Assembly: GCF_006345805.1 (NCBI RefSeq)
Contig: NC_043009.1
Location: forward strand, 40,610,001 to 40,674,000
Reading direction: 5' to 3'
DNA: 64,000 nucleotides
Source: Octopus sinensis
Taxonomy: Eukaryota
Of this stretch, positions 36,323-49,117 are shown piece after piece. The position numbers and the translations under genes are program-made. Under the pieces are notes generated by a model, which was not told the origin of the DNA, did no database searches, and saw only the letters and a program-made list of their open reading frames with translations. Each line of letters opens with the position of its first letter. Position 1 is the stretch's first letter.

Positions 36323-36705
36323 TGAAGGCGCAATAGCCTAGTGGTTAAGGGCAGTGCACTCGCGGTCATAGGATGGCGGTTTCGATTCCCAGACCGGGTG
36401 TTGTGAGTGTTTATTGAGCGAAAACACCTAAAGCTCCACGTGGCTCCGGCAGGGTGTGGTGGCGAACCCTTCAGAATTCTTCCACCACAACTTTCTCTCA
36501 CTCTTTCTTCCTGTTTCTGTTGTACCTGTATTTCAAAGGGCCAAACTTGTCGCACTCTGTGTCACACTGAATCTTCTCAAGAACTACATTAAGGGCACAC
36601 ATGTCTGTGAAGTGCTCAGTCACTTGCACGTTAATTTCACGAGCAACCTGTTCCGTTGATCGGATCAACTGGAACCCTCGTCGTCGTAACCGACGGAGTA
36701 CCACA
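36323..36705 (+). mobile_element. tRNA-SINE family C long variant
   Basis: Head gaaggcgcaatagcctagtggtt...gtttcgattcccagacc shared with 10388. Tail shared with 33470-33580. Confidence 0.8.
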
Positions 36706-36747
36706 TACAGTAATTTCCACAGTTGCAGTAAAATTTTTTTCGCTTAC

Positions 36748-36873
36748 ACGATATTTGCTCGCAGCAGAGCAGTGGAGTAATAAAAGAAATAAATATCTCA
36801 CAAATTTAACGAACAAAGATTTTTCGTGAAAAGTAATTAAGCAAATTGCTCGATAAATATAAAATGAAACCAT
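36748..36873 (-). CDS. PDGF/VEGF-family growth factor, candidate first coding exon (signal peptide)
   Basis: ATG at 36873 opens MVSFYIYRAICLITFHEKSLFVKFVRYLFLLLLHCSAASKYR, then a CGT|gtaagc phase-0 donor that matches the phase-0 acceptor at 27218. Hydrophobic stretch FVRYLFLLLLHC plus small-residue site SAA. The signal would be long and competing first exons exist. Confidence 0.55.
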
Positions 36874-37254
36874 ATCAGAAAGGATAATAGCTGAGCCGTG
36901 TTTATTTTTCTTCAATCAATTTTGAACAAGCAAAGATCGTAATAGACTTCTCGATATGATAGGATCATTCCGTTACTGTTCGGTGTTAATGTATATACTT
37001 AAACTTTGTTTGCAAGTAGTAATTTTCTGTTAAGGTTTCCTCTTTCGCTAGTTGCAAATGATAGCCTTACACAAGTCATGTGACTAAAAAGAGTGTTAGA
37101 AAGACGATTTGTGCTCGGGGAAGATATATTTAATATATGTGCTATGGTAATAATACTTATTCATTACAAAGCCACATTTTTAGAGGAAGTGTGTAATACA
37201 CGAGGATCAAAAACTTCTACTTAAAGAATATAAATAATTAAGTCTATCCTAACG

Positions 37255-37645
37255 TATACTCTTTTACTTGTTTCAGTCATTTGACTGTGGCCATGCTGGA
37301 GCACCGCCTTTGGTCGTCGAGCAAATCGACCCCGGGACTTATTCTTTGTAAGCCTAGTACTTATTCTATCGGTCTTTTTTGCCGAACCGCTAAGTTACGG
37401 TGACGTAAACACACCAGCATCGGTTGTCAAGTGATGTTGGGGGACAAACACAGACACACAAACACACACACACATATATATATACGACGGGCTTCTTTCA
37501 GTTTCCGTCTACCAAATCCACTCACAAGGCTTTGGTCGGCCCGAGGCTATAGTAGAAGACACTTGCCCAAGGTGCCACGCAGTGGGACTGAACCCGGAAC
37601 CATGTGGTCGGTAAACAAGCTACTTACCACACAGCCACTCCTATG
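37255..37645 (-). mobile_element. SINE family A, full length
   Basis: Reverse complement of the family A consensus. Confidence 0.9.
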
Positions 37646-38645
37646 GTTAAAAAAAAAATATATAATAATGGTTTCATAATAATAATAATAATGGTTTCAA
37701 ATTTTGGCACAAGGCCAGCAATCTCGGGGGAAGAGATAAGTCAATTACATCGATCCGCGTACTCAACTGGTACATATTTTGCCGTCCCACGAAAGAATGA
37801 AAGGCAAAACTCAACCTCGGCGGAATTTGAACTCAGGACGTAAAAAAACCGGAGAAATGCCGTTAAGCATTTTATTGAACTAAGTTACTTTGTGGAAGTT
37901 CTAGTCAAACTAATTTTATATTTTACTCCACTTTCAGTATTGAGTTCTCTTCACAGTGGATGTTCCTTTGTTATTCGGAAAATATCTTTAAAATCACCCA
38001 CAAAATTAACGTGTACGTGCGAAGGAGTTCCATCTCCCCAATTCCTCTCACGAGACATTTCTCACTCCAAGACTGTAATAAAAGACATTTGTTCGCAGTA
38101 AAATCGAATACAAAACCCCGCTTATAGATTACATTTCTTTAATACTTGAAATAACACTGTGTAACGCGTTTTTTGTCCTTGGGTAGCAACTGTTATTTTC
38201 TGTTTGCTTACCCCTAGAAAGTATGAAAAATGGCAAATACTTCCTTCAGACTTTGCTCTTGTTACACTTATTCAAACCCCCAAAGAATCCCTCTCAATGC
38301 TTGGTTATGAGGCTACTACTACACATGATCAGAGATGCACATATTGATAGCCACTAAGGGACATACTGCAGAAAAAAAGGTCAAGCAACTAACAAGTAAA
38401 TCTGTGATAATGAGCAGAATATTTGCTATAACAATATTTCTGCTTCAGCAAATCAGCGCTGAATCTGTCCAAAATGTAATGGAAAATAGGTCAGTTTCAA
38501 AACATTGATGTCCCGGGTACAAAAGCAAAGTTTGAAGGGAATTGTAGACATTTCCTTTGATTTCTATATAGAAGCAAATAGGAAATAGAACTTACTGACC
38601 AAAGACAAATGATTATAAATAAAAGCTTAGAGTAATATATCTTTT

Positions 38646-39025
38646 GGATCTTTTCGGTTTGAACGGCAGTTTTTTAAAAATAATTTCCACGTAACTAAAC
38701 ACTTTTAAACCTCGTATACTGGTAGAATGTGTTTATAAAACATCTTTTTCTCTTGGCTTTATTGAGTAAATTCTATAGTTTGTAAGATATTTGTTGTTTT
38801 TTTTCTTCAATTTCTGCAATTTCAACCAATCAATGACGTCTATTGAGGTGAAAACATTCTGTGCCGTATGAATATTCCCTCGTTTAAGAAACAGATTGGG
38901 TTTATTTACATTTGTGAAGAAAAAAAGATACCCTTCCCCCACCTCTAACCCTAACCCTAACTCTAATCCTAACCCTAAAACAGATTGAAATGCAATAGAT
39001 CGATACTAGGGTCATAATTATGGTT
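38646..39025. mobile_element. Second, truncated copy of the 26328 MITE in opposite orientation
   Basis: One TIR plus the same internal sequence, including (ctaacc)n. Confidence 0.8.
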
Positions 39026-39323
39026 TTCGTAATAGACAGAAACCAAACCTTGTTAATGATAACAAATTTGTATAAGTTAAAAGCTCGTTTCGAATTCTAG
39101 TATTTATCGAATTTAGCTCCCGATTAATTTGGTCAGTTTTAATTTGATAAGTGTCATTGGTAACAGCACTTTACAAATATAACAGAATGGTGGTTCGATG
39201 AGGTTTTATGTTCACTGAGCGTGACCTTTGAATTGGGAGGAGAGATACCGATTTTAAAATCTATTTTAGTACATAAGAAAAACTAGGTTTGTATATGTAT
39301 GTATGTATGTATATAATATAAAT

Positions 39324-39357
<34 letters not shown>

Positions 39358-39432
39358 GGCACAGCACATCACAAAACGTAAACAACAAAAAAGTACGAGG
39401 TACGAGTACATAGAATATGAACTATTTTTTCG

Positions 39433-39491
<59 letters not shown>

Positions 39492-42477
39492 TACACATAA
39501 ACTATTTTTTCTTGTTTCACTCATTGGACTGCGGTCATGCTGGTGCACCACCCTTGAGGCAGAGTTGGTGGGTTCGTGGAACAGATGCGCAACCACCCAC
39601 CCACCAACCACTGCGTGATATTTGTAAACAGTCTGGAATGTATTCTATTGTTCTATATTGTTGAACCACTAAGTTACAAGCCAACACCTGTTGTCAAGTG
39701 GTGGTCGTAGTGTGGACGAGAGGCTTGTACATTGTTACCGCCTACCAACTTCATTCGCAAAGCATTGGTCAGCCCGGGGCTGTAAGGTACCGCGCAGTGG
39801 GATTGAAAAAGCAAAGCGTGTGTTTGCAAAGCGAGCTTCTTAGTCACACAACGATGTCTGTGCCTATATACGACAGTCAGTCAGTCAGTCTCTCTCCGCT
39901 TCATTTTTTGTAAATCACTCATTCTCATTTAATTGTATATATTTTAATTGTTTGTTTATTCATACGTTTCGTCTCATTCGATACCTTGACCCCCAATGTT
40001 TGTTTTGTCTGTCCTTGTATCGTCCCCTCTTTTTCTCAACCTTATGGTGAATAAAGAAATTCTCTCTCTCTCTCCCTCTCTCTCGTAACCTTGTTTCAGT
40101 CTTCTTACATAGCTTTGTTCTTGATCTCAAAATTATTTTTCTTTAGGAATTTATAAACAGGTGATGTATTTATAAAATCATCTCAGCTGTAACGTTTCAT
40201 TTTTTACCTTCATCATAACTTTGGCGTAGATATTTCTAATTTGTTTTTCTCGCTTCATGCACTTAGGTAAATCTTTTTTTAAAATTCGTTAAATTTACAC
40301 AGTCATCTTTAGTATCTATAGGAGATATCGCTAAAGCAATTCTCTTAATTTTGTGATCGATTTTGAGATAAATCTTGGGATTAGTAGCATTGCTGTAGGA
40401 ACAAGGCATGAAATTTTGTAGGGAGGGGAGAGGATAGTCGATGACATCACTTCTAGTGCTTGATTGGTACTTATTTCATCGACTCCCCTCTACCAAAGGA
40501 TAAAAAGCAAAGTCCACCTCAGCGGAATTTTAACTCAAAACGCAAAAACAGACGAAATGGTAAGCATTTTGCCTGGCATGATAATGATTCTGCCAGCTCG
40601 CAGCCTTTAATTTTAGGATTAATATCGATTTTAAATTGAGTAGGATCGACTTCTTTATTAAACACACTTCTTAATAGGAATCGTTGCTTGTAAATAACGG
40701 TTTCAAATTTTGGCACAAGGCCAGTAGTTTCGGGCAAGTGACTAATTCAATTACATCAACCCCAGTGTTCAAACGGTACATATTTTATCGACCCTAAAAG
40801 GATGAAAGGCAAAATCGACCTCAGCAGACCTTGGACTCAGAACACGAAGACGGGCAAAATGTCGCTCACCATTTTGTCCGGCGTGCTTGCTCGGAAAATA
40901 ATACGAAAAAGATGGCACATGCAGGAATAATTAACTCCTAATGAAATATATGTCGGTGATGGTTTGGTTATTTTCACTAAAATGGAGTGTACTTTTATTT
41001 TACTATATTTTTTGTGAGTCATTGAACTGCAGCAATGCTGGAGCACCGCGTTGCTGGAGTTAGTAGGACGTAAACAAACCAATACTAATTGGACGCATAC
41101 ACACAGAGCTTCCACAGCGTATCCAAATTTATTTACAAGTCATTGGTCGGCTCGGGGTTATTAACAGAAGACAACTGTCCAAGATGCCAAGCAGTTGCAA
41201 CCACGTGGTTTCGGGTTCAGTTCCACTGCACTTTATGGAAGAGTGTCAATGCATTGTGAGCGAATTTGATTGAGGAAACTATGTAGAATCTATTCACGAG
41301 TGCGTGCGTGAAACGAACTTCCTAATCACACAGGAATGTCAGCGTCTTTTTTATTTTTATTTACTATATTTACGGAAAATTTCTTTAAGCTTTCTATGTT
41401 TCATACAAATTTTTGACCTCATCATTGTTCAGTGACATTATACGCACGCACGTTCACGCCCCGATGCCTTGAACTTTGACACAATGGATAAGGACACAAA
41501 TATACATTCATCTATTTGTGTATTTGAAATACCTTGCTTTGTATTGAGTGGTAATGGGAGGAATTGTTCTTTTGAAAGGGGATCAGCTGGCGGTTTTTTT
41601 TTTGTCTTTTTATCTTTTTATTTATCTTTTAGTACACCTTTATCAATATTTTCAAATGTTTGTTTATATCATCAATCTACAAAAGAAACAAGCGAACAAA
41701 AAATAAATGATAAATAACAGGAAACGATGATCGGATTTTCGATCTAAATACGCTAAGTGGACTCTTAATATGAGCCGGAAATTCTTTGGCCAGTGAAGAG
41801 CTACGTTATTGATTGTCGTTTGAACTTATTTCATACCGTCTGGTTTGCTACGTTCTTTTAATCTGGCTCAGTGGTATGCATATCGTTTTACTTGCTCCAT
41901 TCATTTGATTGCGACCGTACTGGGAACACAACCTTGAAGGGTTTAGTCGAACAAAACTTCCATAGTACTTACATCTTTTTAAAAAGTTTGGTACGTATTT
42001 TATCGTTCTGTTTTGCTACGGAGATGTAAACAAACCAGCATCGGCTGTCAAGGGTTGGGCGGACAAATATACACAGTTATTATTATAAAGGGGGCAAAAA
42101 TAGTTACCATACTGAACAAACTGCTTAGCGGCATTTCTTCCGGTTCTGAGTTCAAATTCTGCCGAGGTTGGCTTTGCCTTTCATCAGGATCGATAAAATA
42201 CGTATTGGAATTGATATAATCAACTAAATCCTTGTCCCAAAAAATTCAAGAAGAAAGGGTTATTTTTATTATTATAGACGGTAAGCTGGCAGAACCGTTA
42301 GCACACCAGGTAAAATACTTCGTCTGTTTTTATGTTCTGAGTTAAAAGTCCGCTGAGATCGACTTTGCCTTTCATCCTTTCAGGGTCGATAAATCAAGTA
42401 TCAGTTGAATACTGGGGTCGAGGTAATCAATTATTCCCTTCCTCGAAATTGCTGGCCTTCTATCAAAATTTGGAATC

Positions 42478-42645
42478 ATTATTACCTTCGCCTTTGCGAA
42501 GGCGGAGGTATTATATTCACTTGTGTTTGTCTGTCCGTGGACAGGATATCTCAAAAACTGCTGGGTGGATTCGGATGAAACTTTTAGGGATGTTTGGCCT
42601 CGTGACAGCCACGAACTGATTGGATTTTGGGGTCAATATGAGCAG
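42478..42645 (+). mobile_element. Helentron-like (HINE) element
   Basis: ttattaccttcgcctttgcgaaggcggaggt hairpin start, gtttgtctgtcc...atctcaaaaactgctgggtggattcggatgaaactt. Confidence 0.6.
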
Positions 42646-43389
42646 GGTTTCTGGATTATTTGTTATATTTACTTTACATGATTACGATCCTACGTTGACT
42701 TTCAAGTCTTTCTTAATTATCTCCCTTTAGGATGTTTCCAAAGTTTTATCGTCGTTTCTCTATTATTAATTTTACTCGCGTCTCTATTTTAGTGAAAACT
42801 GAAGGATAAAAAACTCAAACTACGTAAACAAACGGCAGTAAAACCGTTCAGAAATTAAATAAATAACCGTTCAGAAATTAAATAAATCTAACAGATTTTT
42901 ATAATATAAATATTATATATTATACATAGGCGCAAGAGTGGCTGTGTGGTAAGTAGCTTGTTTACCAACCACATTGTTCCGGGTTCAGTCCCACTGCGTG
43001 GTACCTTGGGTAAGTGTCTTCTACTATAGCCTAGGGCCGACCAAAGCCTTGTGAGTGGATTTGGTAGACAGAAACTGAAAGAAGCCCGTCGTATATATGT
43101 ATATATATATATATGTGTGTGTGTCTGTCTGTGTTTGTCCCCCTAGCATTGCTTGACAACCGATGCTGGTGTGTTTATGTCTCCGTTACTTAGCGGTTCG
43201 GCAAAAGAGACCGATAGAATAAGTACCGGGCTTACAAAAGAATAAGTCCCGGGGTCGAGTTGCTCGATTAAAGGCGGTGCTCCAGCATGGCCGCAGTCAA
43301 ATGACTGAAACGAGTAAAAGAGTAAAAGAGTATATTAACACTTCACAGTATACTTACATATATACATACATCTATACATCGATATAAAA

Positions 43390-44600
43390 CAACAGGATTA
43401 CTAAAAGAAGGCCGGAGTTTAAGAGAAGAGAAAACCAAAAGGTTTTATGTTATTCATTTAAAAATTCCTGAATAGAACTTATTATTACTACCGTCTTTAA
43501 AACTATTTTGAATGGTGAATTTTGTTAACTTTGGCTTGTAGATAAGGATAAACTATCTATTACTGTTACTAAATTTTCTACAGCCAGCTTCACATTCCAT
43601 GACTACTATTGGGATCGATCTGGTACTGGACAAAGATTCTGGATTATTTTTCTGGTTTATTTTTTAATTAATTTTTGAGAGCGGTCAGGTTCATTTTTAA
43701 CATTTTCGTTTGTAAGAGCAGTCAAGTTTATTTCAGATATTCTCATTTTAAAAATCATCTCTGGCTAATCGTTGGGAGGACGCCGCTGTCGCCTCAGGTT
43801 GTTGGTAGGTCGTTCTGCTGGAGTTTTTCATAGTGTTGGGACGTGTGGAGTTTTTGTGCTGAAGTTTCGTGTTGGTGTTCGTTTGAACACTTTTGTGAAC
43901 TGTTTTCGCTGCTTTGTGGAAGCTTGTTTGTGCTTTCCCTCCTCTTGTGAGGAGGATTGGCCCAATGGAAAGGAAAATTTATGGGAGTCTTTTATTCGGA
44001 CCTCAGCGGTTCTGAGTTGTCTTCTTCCGAGGGCGAGTTGTTGCGGACCGTGGGAGGTGTGGACAGGAGGGTGAAGGAGGGCGGAAGGTTCGCAGGTGTG
44101 GCGGGGCGCCGGGAGGACGAGGTGGACATGGGAGGGATTGCTAGCTGTACGAAGGTAATGGGTGGGGACGGTTCTGGTATGGAGTTGTCCCCCTCCGCGT
44201 AGGGAGATTTGAGGAACTTGGGAGAGAGAGAGCAATATCGCGCAGGACATTTTCGGTGGAAGCGGGCAGGGTTGGTGTTGTGACTGGGGGGGGGGGCTTG
44301 TTGAAGGGGAACTGGGGCAAATTTGGCGGGACATTGTGTGCATTGCGGGAGGAGCAGAATTCGGAATGGTGGAGGCAAGGTTTGAAAGCGTCATGATTTC
44401 GAAAAACTGTCTGCAAGCAATAATAAATCTCTGAACGAGATGTAAAGAAAGAATATATTAGAATATAAAAGTGAACATAGAATGTGGAAAGTGGAACTAG
44501 ATAGGAATATACTGCCAGGCTTTGTGACTTATGATGAGTTGCTGAAAGAACATGGGATAGATATTTTGGAGGGAACAGGATACAAAAGGAGTTAAAGGTA
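43390..44600 (-). mobile_element. Decayed retroelement 5' region (possibly Penelope-like), Pro/Ser/Thr-rich ORF remnants
   Basis: GC-rich block with 128-188 aa low-complexity ORFs, followed by stop-riddled ISEINLT and RSIPIV remnants. No host-gene splice architecture. Confidence 0.45.
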
Positions 44601-45246
44601 GAAATGACGCTACTCGGAGGTGGAGGCGTGTAGCCTCATTACACTTTTTCATTTGTCATTTCATGTTTCTCATACGTTGTCCTATTTTTTTCTCTGTTTT
44701 GTTTCCCCACATGTAATGTATTGTCCCTTCTGTCTTCGTCCCTTGGTGGGTAATAAAAAGATTAGAACCTTGGTGTTATCTTGGCGTTACCTAGGCGGAG
44801 GTTTGCGCACTCTTAGTGCTCTTATTATTATTATCATCATCATCATCATTATTATTATTCAACATTTGATAGTTTCAGGCAAATTTCTACTGCACCACCC
44901 GCATCACCTCCGTGTTCCTGCGGCGTGTACACCATTGTGTGTTCTTGGGAGCGTGCAAGCTCTTCCCGGTATTGTATTGCACCTCAGTTTCTTATCCATA
45001 AGCAACAACATCCGGTAGATTAGTCGAGTAGCTAGAGCGCTAATCCTTCCGATTCTTTACGCTCTAAGTTAATATTCCGCCGTGGAGACAACTTTGTCTT
45101 TACTCTCTCCAGACTCAATGAAATTGACTACAATCTCGCCGAAACTTCCAGCATTTGTTCTTATGCTAGATACAATTATGATTTACAAGGTAAACGAGTT
45201 TGTGCATGGCTTCTGCTTATCAGATTCTATTGATAGCGTGTTTGTC

Positions 45247-45741
45247 AACTCGACGTTATGGCAGAAGACAGTTGCTCAAAAGGTCAGGCATTCAGATCGA
45301 ACCAAGGACCAAATAGGTGTAAAGCGATCTTCTAAACCACACAGCCATGTTAACGTACCTAATGTAGCAAGCATTAACTGTAGCTAATTAATGTAGCTAA
45401 TTAGAAATATCAGAATGGTAATAATGTTTACGATACTCTTGAATTAGGAAACTCGACGTTATGGCAGAAGACAGTTGCTCAAAAGGCCAGGCATTCAGAT
45501 CGAACCAAAGACCAAATAGGAAATTAGGACCAAATTAGGAAACTCGACGTTATGGCAGAAGACAGTTGCTCAAAAGGCCAGGCATTCAGATCGAACCAAG
45601 GACCAAATAAGCGTAAAGCGATCTTCTAAACCACAGCCATGTTAACCTAATGTAGCAAGCATTAACTGTAACTAATTAATGTAGCTAATTAGAAATATCA
45701 GAATGGTAATAATGTTTACGATACTCTTGAATTAGGAAACT
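45247..45741. repeat. Local tandem triplication (long-short-long units)
   Basis: aactcgacgttatggcagaagacagttgctcaaaagg starts at about 45247, 45450 and 45541. Confidence 0.9.
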
Positions 45742-46510
45742 CACACTGAACTTGTCTGGCCCTACTTTAGAGGCGGACGTTCATTAATTAATTACGTCCC
45801 ATGACAGGCTTTTTTGTGTTTACATGGACAGGAAATCTTGAAAAACCTCAAGACGTAGTAAAATACTTAAAAAGCTATTTGTTGGCGTCTAGTAGCAATA
45901 AGAACAGGGTCAGGTTACAATGAATAAATAAAAGTCTTGATGGGAGTGGAACCAGTCAATGTTATTAACAGACTTGTTTGTTTCTGACGCGTAGTAGATA
46001 AATGCAAGCTTGTATTTATTTAACAGTCACGGGTGATTAATAACAGGCTAATCTGTATATGTCGCTCAAAATATAAAGCTTCAAATAAGGGCCAGGCAAA
46101 TAGAAAGAGTCTCTAGATAAAACGTCTTTGATCATAGATCTACTCAACCATGGTTGATGCGGGATTAAACAATAACAACTTTGTACGGTTGCTCGATCTG
46201 CTGAAAATGACAGCTAAATCCTCCTCAAATTCTATTACTATCCTGTAAATACTTGTGAGCGAGTATGGCTTGGTCACATGATCAACGGTTTCGCTAATTG
46301 TTATAGACACGCTCTCGATTCTCATAATCTTGGCTCAACGGTACAGCTAAGATATAACATTCAGCTGACACTCGTTTTTAACTGGGTAGACAAACAGCGT
46401 GAAGCGAAGTGAACTGCCGTGTTCTCAGAGTCTTTGCGTCACCCGCTCTAGAAATAAAACTTAGGACCAGTGTCCCCTCTGATTATTACTATCATCATTA
46501 TTATTATTAA

Positions 46511-46870
46511 TAACCTACACTCGCCTCCTTATGAGAGCTCAAAATCTCTCGTGGAAGCGCCATCCAACCAAAATGCAAATATATGGGAAACTACCACCTG
46601 CGTCATCTCTTGTGAAAGGTAGGAGAGTCCAGTTTGCTGGACATTGTTGTAGAGCTGAAAAAGAAGTAATTTCTACTCTTCTCCTCTGGAAGCCATCTAC
46701 TCGCAATACCAGAGGGCGCACACTCTCCTACCCTGATGTAATATCCAGGGATACAGGCATCCAGCAACAGGACCTCCGTAATGCCATGATGGACCGTGAA
46801 GTCTGGCGTAGCATGGTACATTCCATTGTCTCGACCACGGTCGAACAATGATGATGATGATGATTATTAT
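46511..46870 (+). mobile_element. RTE-clade LINE, short 5'-truncated 3' end
   Basis: RRVQFAGHCCR...LLWKP...RGRTLSYPDVISRD...AMMDREVWR followed by a (tga)n/(tta)n tail. Confidence 0.85.
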
Positions 46871-46987
46871 TATTGCTTTGAGTGTGCGCAGAAATTTGCG
46901 TTGCATGCAAATTTTGTCTTACTTGCCAAAATATTACTTTCATTTCTTTGTTGCAAAACATGTGTGTGTACACACAAAGGCACAGTT

Positions 46988-48114
46988 TAGAGTGGTTCTC
47001 AACCATTTCTTGCTTATGACCCCGCTTAATTCCCATTTTACTCTAGCGGACCCCCAATAGCCATTTAACGTTTTAAATCTCCTATTATAGTTGTATTATT
47101 AGATATTATTAGGAATTGTATAAGAAAACTGTTAGAATATTTTGTGTACTGTAAAAGTATAACTGATTTCTCGCATATAAACTTTAACAAAATCTTACGT
47201 GGACTCCTAAAAATTATGTGAACCCCAGTTGAAATCCATTGGTTTAGAGGGAACACTGCAAACGACATTATTATTGCGAGCCCAACATCCTAACCACTGG
47301 GCTACGCACCATGAAATTTGACAAAGTAGTCTTAGATAACACGTTGTTTCACAAAGGATGAAATAATATCATGGGTTACACAATAATTTACATCATACTC
47401 AGCACGTTATTTTTTGAATAGCCGCATAGGTCATTGCTTAGAATTATTTATTCACTATGGGTTAAGGGACGTAGCCTGTTTATGCACATAATACTTTGTG
47501 GAGGCGCGTGGCTTAGTGGTTAGGGTATTAAACTCATGATCATAAAGTTGTGGTTTCGATTCCTGGACCGGGCGATGCGTTGTGTTCTTGAGCAAAACAC
47601 TTCATTATCACGTTGCTCCAATCCGCTCAGCTCGCAAAAATGAGTAATCCTGCGACGGACCTGCGTCCCGTCCAGGTGGGGAATTTCTACCGGGAAACCT
47701 GTACTTATGAGCCTGGCATGGCTCGAGAAGGAACATATTGAACAATTTTCTTAGTTATTTCTAGAAAAAAAGTCATTCTTAATACGTTTTGGCAGATCCG
47801 AACGTAGAGTATCTGATCGCTGTTGTTTATTGTAATCGGAGAATATCTCCTTTTAGACCACACATTCTCAACCGGGTCCACATGACCTTTGGGGATCCAT
47901 AAGATTTTGTCAATATTTATGTGTAATAAACCGGTTATACACAAAATACGATACACAAAATATTTTAACAATTTTTGTTTATGCAATTCCTAATAATATT
48001 TGGTTATGGAAATCTAATAGGATTTTTTAAAACACCGAATGGCTATGAGGGTCCACTGTAATAAAATAGGAATGAAAAGGGTCCGTCGGCAAAAAAATGG
48101 TTGAAAACCACTGT
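46988..48114. mobile_element. Two hAT/Charlie-like MITEs (about 46988-47242 and 47870-48114) separated by a family C SINE
   Basis: agtggttctcaacc and ggttgaaaaccactg type termini. Confidence 0.55.
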
Positions 48115-48419
48115 TTTGCATGATGCATGATCATAACACACAACTCGCGGGAGTAAAGGGGACTTTGATAAACTGCAGTGTTTCGACATCGCTGTATGTC
48201 TCCTCAAAGCTTCTCCGCCGGAACGATGCATCTAACAAGATGTTCGCGCTCGTCGGCCTGGTAGGGTAGCTATGACTGAAGAGATAAAACTCGGTGTAAA
48301 AAGTCTCATTACAACGTTGAGTCGAGTACTATGAACACACGTCTAAAGAAAAATGTTCTTCGATAACGAAAAACAACAACGATATTTACGTTCAAATCTC
48401 GTAAAACGTTGTGAGTGAC

Positions 48420-48646
48420 TACAGCAATTCCTCGCCTTATTGCGGTTCACTTATCGCGGTTTATTCGTTAAGCTTACGTCAATTCCTCCATGGTTTTGTT
48501 TTGCATTTATAATAAAAATATATACAAATTATAAAAATATAATAAAAAATATATAAAGTACAGTATTGTTTCTACTTCGCGGATTTTCGCGTATCGCGTT
48601 TTTTTTTTTGTAACCGAACACCCGCGATAGACGAGGGATTACTGTA
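48420..48646. mobile_element. Tigger-type MITE
   Basis: tacagcaattcctcg...cgagggattactgta termini. Confidence 0.75.
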
Positions 48647-48779
48647 GCTGCATTGTTTAGATTCTCGCTGTTCTTCGTGCACCCCATGAATTATTGCTGT
48701 GTTTCCGCAGATTTAAGTTACGTCTTTTTGTATGGTTTTCCGTAAAATGACAACCATGTACAGTTGTCTTCTTGTAGGG

Positions 48780-48862
48780 TTTTATAGAATCATTACTTTA
48801 TGGAATCGTTACTTTAGGGAATCGTTACTTTATAGAATCGTTACTTTATAGAATCGTTACTT
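48780..48862. repeat. 16-bp minisatellite, five copies
   Basis: Units of tttatagaatcgttac with minor variants. Confidence 0.85.
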
Positions 48863-49065
48863 TTCTTCTTCCTTACGGATGCAAAGGGGCCTTCTGTGTA
48901 ATCACCCATCTTCCTATAAACAGCAACTGAATCTCGCAAATCACAACATACGATCAGTGTCTATGAGAGATAAGATTCAGCTGGCACGTTGGTCCCAGAG
49001 CTCAGAGAGCCGAAGAGAGGCTTGTGACTACCCACCAAGTCTCTCTCTTCCTCTCTCTCTCTCTC

Positions 49066-49117
<52 letters not shown>

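Noticed and set aside
43828-44394. 188-aa Pro/Ser/Thr-rich ORF as a host gene
   Set aside because: Overlapping ORFs in several frames due to GC richness, no splice signals, and flanked by stop-ridden retroelement-like sequence.
48780-48862. CRISPR-like regular repeat
   Set aside because: Contiguous 16-bp units with no unique spacers, in eukaryotic context.
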